This document shows positions 8,960-16,920 of a DNA stretch of 64,000 nucleotides, one piece after another; position 1 is the first letter of the stretch, and every line of letters begins with the position of its first letter. Position numbers and translations under genes: made by a program. A model generated the notes under the pieces. That model had not been told where the DNA came from. It saw only the letters and a list, made by a program, of their open reading frames with translations, and ran no database searches. The stretch is taken from contig CAWFFN010000008.1 in NCBI GenBank assembly GCA_963815115.1, forward strand, positions 64,001 to 128,000, in the 5' to 3' direction. This DNA is from an uncultured delta proteobacterium (GTDB lineage: Bacteria > Desulfobacterota > Binatia > DP-6).

Positions 8960-10143
8960 CCACGACGTCCGCTCATCTCGCCGGCGAAGCTACTCCGGTC
9001 CCCAGCTCGCTCCGCGACGTCGCCCTGTATTTCCTCCGCCTCGGCACCTTTGGCTTCGGCGGTCCGATCGCGCTGGTCGGCTACATGCAGCGCGACCTCG
9101 TGGAGCACCGGCGCTGGTTCTCGAAGCAGGACTACGGCGAGGGCCTGGCCCTCGCGCAGCTGGCCCCCGGGCCGCTCGCCGCCCAGCTCGCCATCTACCT
9201 CGGCTGGCTCCGCGGGGGCTCGCTCGGCGCCACGCTGGTCGCCGTCGCCTTCGTCCTCCCCTCGTTCCTGATGGTGCTCGCGCTGTCATGGCTCTACCTG
9301 CGCTACGAGGGCCTGTCGTGGATGCAGGGGGCGTTCTACGGCATCGGCGCCGCCGTCATCGCGATCATCGGGCGGAGCGCGTACAAGCTCACGCGCAGCA
9401 CCCTCGGCGCCGATCGCCTGCTCTGGACGATCTTCCTGGTGAGTGCGCTCGTCACCGCGTGGACCGAGTCGGAGATCGCCTGGCTCTTCGTCCTCGCCGG
9501 CGTGATCGGCCTCGCCGCACATCTGCTGCGCCGGGGGGCCGCCACGACGGCCTCGCTCGCGCTCGTGCCCTGGCTGGTCACCGGGCTGCACGGACCGGCG
9601 CCGGAGGGCGTGCTCTGGATGATACTCTGGTACTTCGCCGAGGCGGGCGCCTTCGTCTTCGGCAGCGGGCTCGCCATCGTGCCGTTCCTGCACGGTGGCG
9701 TCGTGAACGAGTTCGGCTGGCTCACCGAGCGGCAGTTCCTCGACGCCGTGGCGGTCGCCATGATCACCCCCGGACCGGTGGTGATCACGGTGGCGTTCAT
9801 CGGCTACCTGGTGGCCGGGCCGCTGGGCGCCACCCTCGCCGCCATCGGCGTCTTCCTGCCCTGCTACCTGCTGGTAATCATTCCGGCGACGTACTTCCGG
9901 CGCTCGGTGGGCGACCCGCGCGTTAAGGCGTTCGTCGACGGCGTGACGGCGGCCGCCACCGGCGCCATCGCCGGCGCGGCCTTCGTGCTCGGGCGCCGCG
10001 CGGTGTTCGACGTCCCGACCGCGCTCATCTGTCTGGCGACCCTCGCCGCCTTGACGAAGCTGCGGGGCGTGCCCGAGCCCCTGGTCATCGTCGCCGCCGG
10101 CGTGCTGGGGGTGGTCCTGTCGTCGCTCGGGGTCGGGTCATGA
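8956..10143 (+). CDS. chrA: Chromate efflux transporter ChrA
   Basis: GFGG, AQLAPGP, FGSG, AMITPGP in two homologous halves; ATGA overlap with chrB. Confidence 0.93.
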   Translation: MTTTSAHLAGEATPVPSSLRDVALYFLRLGTFGFGGPIALVGYMQRDLVEHRRWFSKQDYGEGLALAQLAPGPLAAQLAIYLGWLRGGSLGATLVAVAFVLPSFLMVLALSWLYLRYEGLSWMQGAFYGIGAAVIAIIGRSAYKLTRSTLGADRLLWTIFLVSALVTAWTESEIAWLFVLAGVIGLAAHLLRRGAATTASLALVPWLVTGLHGPAPEGVLWMILWYFAEAGAFVFGSGLAIVPFLHGGVVNEFGWLTERQFLDAVAVAMITPGPVVITVAFIGYLVAGPLGATLAAIGVFLPCYLLVIIPATYFRRSVGDPRVKAFVDGVTAAATGAIAGAAFVLGRRAVFDVPTALICLATLAALTKLRGVPEPLVIVAAGVLGVVLSSLGVGS

Positions 10144-10853
10144 CGCTCACGCGGCGCGACACCCTGCGGCTGACCGCGGGGCTCCTCGTGGTCGCCAACT
10201 GGAAAGGAGGCCGCACGATGGCCGAGACACCAAGCGCAGAGCTACCGGCCGCCTATCGCGGGGGGCACGAGCCGAAGCCGCTGCCCTTCGACCCGGCGAA
10301 GCTCACGGGCCTGTCGGAGCGGCTGATCCGGTCCCACCACGAGAACAACTACACCGGGGCCGTGAAGCGGCTGAACCTCATCGAGCAGCAGCTCGGTCGC
10401 GTGCCGAAGGACGCGCCGCCCTATCAGGTGGGCGCGCTCAAGCGCGAGGAGCTGGTCGCGGCGAACTCGATGATCCTCCACGAGCTGTACTTCGGGAACC
10501 TTGGCGGAGACGGGAAACCTAGCGGCGCCGGCGTCGACATGCTGAAGGGCGCCTATGGATCCCTGGATGCCTGGGAGCACGAGTTTCGCCAGACGGGCAT
10601 GTCGCTCGCGGGGGGCTCGGGATGGGTACTCCTGACGTACGATCCGCACGAGCAGGCCGTCCGCACGGTCTGGGCCTCCGACCGCACCCAGGGGCTCGCC
10701 GGCGGAAGCCCCGTGTTGGTCATGGACATGTACGAGCACTCGTACCACATCGACTACGGCGCCAACGCACGCGGCTACATCGATGCGTTCTTCAAGAATA
10801 TCAACTGGGACGAGGTCGACCGGCGCGTCGTGGCGCGGAAGCCGCGGGGGTGA
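10140..10853 (+). CDS. chrC: Fe/Mn superoxide dismutase-like ChrC
   Basis: SHHENNY, LHELYF, GSGW, DMYEHSY; second possible start at 10218. Confidence 0.85.
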   Translation: MTLTRRDTLRLTAGLLVVANWKGGRTMAETPSAELPAAYRGGHEPKPLPFDPAKLTGLSERLIRSHHENNYTGAVKRLNLIEQQLGRVPKDAPPYQVGALKREELVAANSMILHELYFGNLGGDGKPSGAGVDMLKGAYGSLDAWEHEFRQTGMSLAGGSGWVLLTYDPHEQAVRTVWASDRTQGLAGGSPVLVMDMYEHSYHIDYGANARGYIDAFFKNINWDEVDRRVVARKPRG

Positions 10854-10856
10854 CCC

Positions 10857-11536
10857 ATGGGCACTCGCCGGCTCGCTGCCATCGCCGTGACGTTGCTGGT
10901 GTTCGCCCTTCGCCAGCCGGCAGCCGCACAGTCGACAAGCGCCGCACGCGCCTGGGGGTTCGAGCAGGACACCGTGGACGCGCCACCCGCCGGCTTCACG
11001 TTCACCAAGACGAACGGGGGCCGCATGGGGCGGTGGCTCGTCCGTGCGATGCCCGGCGGCGAGAAGGTCCTCGTCCAGATCGACGATGACCCGACGCGCG
11101 ATCGCTATCCACTGGCGCTCGCCGACGGGCCGCTCGTACGTGATCTCCGCCTCTCCGTTCGCTGCAAACCCCTCTCGGGGCGGGTCGACCAGGCATGCGG
11201 CCTCGTCTTCCGCTACCGCGACGAGAACGACTACTACCTCACGCGGGCGAACGCGCTGGAAGACAACGTCCGACTCTACGCGGTCAAGGATGGCGCGCGG
11301 CAACAGGTCGCCAGCTGGAGCGGTGACTGCCCGATGATCGCTGGAGCGAGCTGCGAGCGGAAGCACGGGGCGATCAGCTGACCGTCTTCTGGAACGGGGC
11401 GCAGGTACTCGACGCGCGCGATGCGACGTTCGGCGACGCGGGTCGCGTCGGGCTGTGGACGAAGGCCGACTCGGTGACCGCGTTCGACGACTTCACGGTC
11501 GTCCCGGTCGAGTCGCGGGAAGGAGCTCCACGATGA
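10857..11536 (+). pseudogene. Secreted DUF1080/LamG-like beta-sandwich protein with one frameshift near 11327
   Basis: Signal peptide, DQACGLVFRYRDENDYY; continues in another frame as DRWSELRAEARGDQLTVFWNG...GRVGLWTKADSVTAFDDF to TGA 11536; may be a sequencing error. Confidence 0.7.
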
Positions 11537-11979
11537 TCTGGGTGACGAAGAGGCGCATCAAGGTGAACCGCGCCGCGACGGCCTGGCTGATCCGGCGCTG
11601 CATCGACCCCACGGGCAGGATCCTGTTCGTCGCGCCCGAGGATGTCGCCGAGGTCCAGCGGCGCGAGGGCGCGACGGGGTTCGACGCACCGGGCGCGACG
11701 TACCCGCACGCCGATGCGGCCGGCCGGTGCTCGTTCGAAGCGCTCGTGGAGGAGCATTGCCCGCACGACGCAGCTCTGGTCGCGCTCGCCCGGATCGTGC
11801 GCGGTGCCGACTTTCGCGACCAGATCGGCCTCACCCCCGAATCCGCCGGCCTGCGGGCGATCTCCGACGGCTTTCCGCTCGTCACCGCCAGCGACGACGA
11901 GACGGTCGAGCGGGCCGGCTTCCTGTACGACGCGCTCCTGGCCTCCCTGCGGGAGCGCATGGCCGGAGGCGCATCATGA
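11533..11979 (+). CDS. Stand-alone ChrB C-terminal domain protein (ChrF-like)
   Basis: MIWVTKRRIKVNRAATAWLIRRCIDP...RCSFE...GAD...LYDAL; RBS AGGAG. Confidence 0.85.
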   Translation: MIWVTKRRIKVNRAATAWLIRRCIDPTGRILFVAPEDVAEVQRREGATGFDAPGATYPHADAAGRCSFEALVEEHCPHDAALVALARIVRGADFRDQIGLTPESAGLRAISDGFPLVTASDDETVERAGFLYDALLASLRERMAGGAS

Positions 11980-13001
11980 CCCGGCGCATCCTCGCTGCCC
12001 TTGTCCTGGTGCTCGCCGGGAAGAGCCTCGCGGCCGACGCGCCCACCGGGACCGCCCAAGATCAGCCGCGTGAGGTGTTCGTCGTCAACACCCAGGATGC
12101 GTCGGTCTCGCGGGTGGACCTCCCCGCCATGAAGGAGGTCGGCCGCTTTCCGGTGGGCCCGCGCCCCTACGGCATCGCGGTCACGAAAGACGGACGGTCG
12201 GTCGCCGTCGGCGTGGAGGACGAGGAGAAGGTAAAGTTCTTCGACGCGAAGGACTTCACCCTGCGCGGCGAGACGCACGTCGGCCCGATGTACAACGACC
12301 ACATCGTCCTCACGCCGGACGGAAGGCACGTGCTGGTCGCGAACTTCCACAGCGACGACGTGGTCGGGATCGACGTGGCGACGATGAAGGAGGGGTTCCG
12401 CATCGAGGGCGCCAGCGCGCCCCACGTCATCAAGTACGGGCCGACGAAGGAGCGCGCCTACGTGACCTGCAAGAAGGTGACCGGCATCGCCATCATCGAC
12501 CCGGCCGCGCGGCGGCTCGTCAAGTTCCACCAGCTCAACGTGAATCCGCGCAGCCTGACCTTCTCGCCCGACGAGTCGCGACTCTACTTCGCTTCCTTCT
12601 GGGTGGACGGCTTCTTCGAGATGGACCCGGCGTCGGGCAAGGTGGCCCGCCTCTTCCAGCTCTCCCCGCCGCCCGACGCCGCCCCCCAGGAGGTGACCTA
12701 CCACGGCGTGGAGGCGGTGGCGCCGAACCTCGTGCTCGCCGCGAACGAGGGGCGCTCGTACGTCGACGCCGTGGACGTCCGCGCCGGCAAGCTCCTCGAC
12801 CGTCTCACCGGGGTCGCCAAGCCGTGCTGCGTCGAGCGCGTTCCCGAGACGACGCCGGTGCGTGTCCTGGTGAGCAACATCGGCGACGGCACGCTGCAGC
12901 TCGTCGAGGTGTCCGCCGAGGGGCAACTGCGGGCGCTCGGGAAGGCGAGCGTCGGCCAAGCCGCGAAGCGCGTCGCCTTCGTTCCTCCTGGCACCTCATG
13001 A
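11976..13001 (+). CDS. Secreted YVTN/YncE-type beta-propeller protein
   Basis: Signal peptide; blades VFVVNT, VGPRPYGIAVTKDG, LTPDGRHVLVAN, FSPDESRLY. Confidence 0.85.
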   Translation: MTRRILAALVLVLAGKSLAADAPTGTAQDQPREVFVVNTQDASVSRVDLPAMKEVGRFPVGPRPYGIAVTKDGRSVAVGVEDEEKVKFFDAKDFTLRGETHVGPMYNDHIVLTPDGRHVLVANFHSDDVVGIDVATMKEGFRIEGASAPHVIKYGPTKERAYVTCKKVTGIAIIDPAARRLVKFHQLNVNPRSLTFSPDESRLYFASFWVDGFFEMDPASGKVARLFQLSPPPDAAPQEVTYHGVEAVAPNLVLAANEGRSYVDAVDVRAGKLLDRLTGVAKPCCVERVPETTPVRVLVSNIGDGTLQLVEVSAEGQLRALGKASVGQAAKRVAFVPPGTS

Positions 13002-13522
13002 GGGTTGGCCGGCGTGCTCCCGATGGAACACGCCGTGACGCCAGCGCAGCCCTCTCGCAGCGCCATCGCCGGGCTTGAGATGGCGCGCTCGTGCGGTGGC
13101 CTCATCGAGCAGACGGCCTGCTCCCTCGATGTGTCCGAGCCCTTCCTCGGCCTCGGCCTGGTTGGCGAGTGCCGGAGGAAGGTGCGCAGCGGCCCCGGGC
13201 ACGACCAGCCACGTCGCAACGCGAAGCGTCCGGACGTCCCACGCCACCAGACGCGCCGCCGCGCGCCACTCACCGCGGTGCAGCGGCCCCAACGCGATCA
13301 GCTCCAGTGCGCGATCAGCGGTCGTCAACGTCGCGGCGACTGCGAGCCATGCAACGGCGAACCAACAAACCGCCGCGCCCGCACGTCCTCGGATGGCGGC
13401 CACATCGTGCCGTGTGCCACGGATCGCAGCCTTCGAGAAGGGCCCAGGCGGCTGGTGACGTTTCACCAGCTGGAACAGCTCTCCCTCACCGTGTCGCGCT
13501 TGGCGCGCCGGAGGGTTGGGTG

Positions 13523-13542
13523 TGTTGTGCCCTGTTGTGCCC
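13523..13542 (+). repeat. Tandem 10-bp direct repeat, integrase arm-site-like
   Basis: TGTTGTGCCC x2, about 95 bp upstream of a tRNA 3' fragment. Confidence 0.5.
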
Positions 13543-13635
13543 TGAACCCAGCCGCACAAGCCGCTGGAGCGTCGCGCCAGCCGGCGAAAGGCCCGTGTTT
13601 TCGCGGCTGGCGCGGCTTCAGTGGGGTACTCTGGG

Positions 13636-13690
13636 GGATTCAGGATCCTGTGGGCTAAGCACCCGTGGGAGTCCAAGTCCCCCTTTCGCA
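13636..13690 (+). mobile_element. Degenerate 3' fragment of tRNA-Leu(CAG), att-site scar
   Basis: GGA-TTCAGGA-TCC anticodon arm, long variable arm, GGGAG-TCCAAGT-CCCCC mutated T arm, TTTCGCA acceptor strand; no 5' half. Confidence 0.7.
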
Positions 13691-14273
13691 TTTTGGCGGG
13701 GCCCGCGGATCGTCGCAGGGGGGGCAAGACTGATAGCCAGGACGGGCACGCCAGGACCATGCGCTCGACTACGAGACGGCTCGCTCCCCTACCCCGCCCG
13801 GCCATAGCCGGCTCACGCCGGGGATCGATTCCTCGTGATGCTTTTGACAGCGAGCGACGACCCTCGGCGGGTCGAGCGGTCACGGTCAGCGACTGCCACC
13901 CGCCTCGGAGCCGCGCTCGCGGGCATCTCGTCGCGCTTCAGCCTGACCCCGGCCGATGCAGACGCCCTGCTTTGGGTCCTATAGACCCGTTAAGCGATCA
14001 TCTCCGGATACCAGCGGACGCTAACCCCCGAAAAATCCACGCGTGGTGCGTGCCGCCATCGGGTTCAAGTCCCCCTCCTCGCATTGAATTTGTACACCAA
14101 GTTCCCGTCCGGAAGCTCAGATCACCGATTCCGCGTTTTGGGCTACACGTCTCGGCCGTCGCCGGGCTCGCCGGCCGGTGAGGAATGCGCCGACGGCTGC
14201 GGTCGGGCATCCATCGCTTGGGGATGTCGAGCGCCGCAACAATCGATGCAGCCCGCCGTTGATGTGGCTGCGG

Positions 14274-14723
14274 CTATTTGCGGACCTCCGGTGGAAGCAT
14301 CCGCCACTTGCCGCGACGTTCCGGCACACGACTCTCAAGCACCATGAATCGGACGCTGTCCGTGTCCACCTTCCGCGCGGCCTCCCCCGTCAGGCGCTGC
14401 GCCTTGTCCAGCTCTTTGATGTGTTCAAGCAGCCTGGCCTCTGCTTCGGGACTCGGAGGCTTGCGACCCAGGTGATCGCGCCACTTCGGCAAGAAGCGGT
14501 CCCACAACCGCGCCGTGAGAAAGTCACCGTCGGTCGAGCCCCCGACGACGTGCTAGGGTGCCCGCCGCTTGACGTCGATCTTGTCCAAGTCGGCGAGTGT
14601 CTCCAGGAAGAACAGTGGCGTGATGATATTGGTGAGGTAGAAGGTGTCGAGCCACACCGCCTCGTCGAGGCTCAACGCCTGCAACGCGGACTTGTCGAAG
14701 ATCGTGATGGGTCCGAGGCTCAT
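14274..14723 (-). pseudogene. Fragmented hypothetical gene with PIN-like N-terminus
   Basis: 14723-14553 reads MSLGPITIFDKSALQALSLDEAVWLDTFY...ITPLFFLETLADLDK*; 14507-14274 looks like a C-terminal piece; lower GC. Confidence 0.45.
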
Positions 14724-14729
14724 GTCAAA

Positions 14730-14750
14730 ATGGGGACGTTGATGGGGACG
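14730..14750. repeat. Direct repeat ATGGGGACG x2 downstream of tRNA-Ser, arm-site-like
   Basis: Copies at 14730-14738 and 14742-14750, 40 bp from the tRNA 3' end. Confidence 0.45.
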
Positions 14751-14789
14751 CTAGCGATCTAGCCACCGTAACTCCGCGAAATCGTAAAG

Positions 14790-14876
14790 CGGAGGGGGGG
14801 AGATTCGAACTCCCGAGGGCTTGCGCCCTGGCGGTTTTCAAGACCGCTGCCTTAAACCTGGCTCGGCCACCCCTCC
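14790..14876 (-). tRNA. tRNA-Ser (anticodon TGA); CCA not encoded
   Basis: GGAGGGG acceptor, GCGGT-CTTGAAA-ACCGC anticodon arm, long variable arm, GTTCGAAT T loop, discriminator G. Confidence 0.95.
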
Positions 14877-15044
14877 AGAGGTCACGAACTCCCGAGCGGC
14901 GCGATCAGCCGGGACTAGCAGCTCGGAATTTGATTGCAAACGAAGCGCTCTCCGCCGGACGGTGCCCGCCCATGGCATGAGCACCGAGCGCGACGACCCA
15001 TCGAAGTACCACCCCCCGCATCCGGGAGTGGTCGCTGCCAACCC

Positions 15045-15170
15045 TCACACATGCTCGGCGGCGTGCCGGCGAAATTCCCGCGGCGGCGGTCCCGTCGACC
15101 GCGTGAACGAGCGCGTGAACTGCGCAGGGTCCGAGTAGCCGAGGTCGAACGCGACGTCGATCACCTTTCG
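15045..15170 (-). pseudogene. AraC C-terminal HTH remnant
   Basis: VIDVAFDLGYSDPAQFTRSFTRSTGPPPREFRR with no plausible N-terminus. Confidence 0.65.
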
Positions 15171-15340
15171 GTGGGTCGCCCTGGGCCGGACCCGCAGAGC
15201 CGGGGCGCCGCTCGTCCCGAGCTCGTGTCGCCGATGCAGCGCGGCGTGGAATGGCAAGACGCGGGCCGCCAGGATCCGCGATGTGGTGCGCGGAGAGGGA
15301 GCACGATGAGAACGTCGCCGTTACACGCTGCAGGCATTCG

Positions 15341-15685
15341 ATGAACGCTGATGCCGGCCGGGACTTCGGCAGCCAGGTGCTGGAGGTCGTCGCCAGGCTG
15401 CTCGCGGAGGGCGCACCGGACATCCGGACCGTCGCCAGCGCGGTGAGCACCAGCGCGCGGACGTTGCAACGCCGGCTGCACGGCGCCGGCCTCACCTATG
15501 CGGGGCTGGTACAGCGGGCTCGCTGCGAGGCGGCGCGTCGACTGCTGGCGAAGTCCGACCAGACCGTCGGTGACGTCGCACGCATGCTCGGCTACTCGGA
15601 CCCGGCCCACTTCGCGCGAGCATTTCAGCGCTGGACCGGCCTCACACCGCGCGAATTCCGTCGCCGCGGATCGGCCGGCTCCTAG
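15341..15685 (+). CDS. AraC-family HTH-only regulator
   Basis: STSARTLQRRL...VARMLGYSDPAHFARAFQRWTGLTPREFR; start uncertain. Confidence 0.8.
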   Translation: MNADAGRDFGSQVLEVVARLLAEGAPDIRTVASAVSTSARTLQRRLHGAGLTYAGLVQRARCEAARRLLAKSDQTVGDVARMLGYSDPAHFARAFQRWTGLTPREFRRRGSAGS

Positions 15686-15753
15686 GTCGCCCTCCCGCGC
15701 GGCGCGCCCGATCCCTGACGAGAGAGCGAGGCCGCACGCGCGATCAGTTCGGC

Positions 15754-16002
15754 TCAGTTTCCGCCGTCGTCGTCCCCGTCATCGTCACCGTCGTCCCCGG
15801 AATCCGAGCCATCGTCCCGGGGAGCGACCAGCATGCTCGCCAGATCTCGACTGGAAGCGACGACCAGCGGCTGCTGCTCACCGCCCGAGCCGATCGTCCA
15901 AAGCGCCGGCACGGAGGCTGCGGCGGTGCTCGCCGCCGGAGCGATCCGGGGGATCACGAGCATCAGGGCAAGGGTACAGGCGGCAAGAAGGTACTTCGTC
16001 AT
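15754..16002 (-). CDS. Small secreted protein with Asp/Gly-rich tail
   Basis: RBS AGGGAG, signal peptide MTKYLLAACTLALMLV..., tail DDGSDSGDDGDDDGDDDGGN. Confidence 0.65.
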   Translation of the reverse strand: MTKYLLAACTLALMLVIPRIAPAASTAAASVPALWTIGSGGEQQPLVVASSRDLASMLVAPRDDGSDSGDDGDDDGDDDGGN

Positions 16003-16128
16003 GGGTGTCTCCCTTCGTCTGTCCAGGGCAGGAGGCCTCGGCTCGGTTGACCTGCTGTCGCATCGGCCTGCCACGCGCAGCGAAATCCCGCAAGCGCGGT
16101 CGATGCGCTGGCGCTCCGTGGCGCACCG

Positions 16129-16878
16129 TTACCGGTTCGCCGCCGATCGAGCGGCCCCGACGACCCCTTCGGCATAGCTCACGACGAGGCCGAGGGCATC
16201 GCCGCACTGATCGTGCTTGGCGAGACGTTGCGCGGCGCTGTGAGCGGCGGCGAGCCTGCGCAGCGCCTGCTTGAGTGGCCGCGGGCGGCTCGGATCGGCC
16301 GCGAATGCCCTGACCAGCTCGCGAGCGCGCATGAATGGCAGTCGCACCCCGGCGGGGATCCTGCGCGCGGGACAGCCGCTCACCTTCAGGTCCACGGCGA
16401 GTGCACAGCGGGCCGCATCGACCGGCGTCGCCTCTCCCGATACGCAGCAGAGCTGGAGATAGTCGACGTCGCGCAGCTCGTTGCCATCGCGGCCGAGAAC
16501 GGTCGTGCCCGACGGGGCTCCCACCGCAACCTCCACGTCGGCCGTGGGACCGCAGGTCCCGTCGGGCGCCGGAACGTGCGGCGGGGCGAGGTGCATCCCC
16601 GCGACGTCGATCGACGAGAAGGTGGCGGTGTCGCACCCGGACGTGGACGTGCCGGTACAGATCCTGACCGAGAAGTGACAGGCGCCGTCCGCGGCACTGT
16701 CGGCGTCGCAGCCCGGGTCACCGTCGGTGCACACGACGCCGCTGTTGGCGTTGGTGGCCGTCACCCCCCGGAACACGAGGCGGCAGTCCGTGTTCGCAAG
16801 GCCGCCCCCCAGAACCTCGGCCCGGGAGACCTGTACGATCGCAAGGAGGAGAGCAGCTGCAACCAGCGAGCGAATCAC
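16129..16878 (-). CDS. Secreted Cys-rich hypothetical protein
   Basis: Signal peptide; CTDGDPGCDAD...GACHF motif; many Cys. Confidence 0.75.
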   Translation of the reverse strand: MIRSLVAAALLLAIVQVSRAEVLGGGLANTDCRLVFRGVTATNANSGVVCTDGDPGCDADSAADGACHFSVRICTGTSTSGCDTATFSSIDVAGMHLAPPHVPAPDGTCGPTADVEVAVGAPSGTTVLGRDGNELRDVDYLQLCCVSGEATPVDAARCALAVDLKVSGCPARRIPAGVRLPFMRARELVRAFAADPSRPRPLKQALRRLAAAHSAAQRLAKHDQCGDALGLVVSYAEGVVGAARSAANR

Positions 16879-16920
16879 GGCGGAAACCCTACGGGACTCC
16901 GGCCGCCCGTCAAGTCGTGG

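Noticed and set aside
12996-13500. Possible TPR-like fragment on the minus strand (ALANQAEAEEGLG...)
   Set aside because: Too short and no consistent frame to support a call.
15300-15326. Third TGTAACG on the minus strand as an ECF41 promoter
   Set aside because: The sequence after a 16-bp spacer is GCTC, not YGTT.
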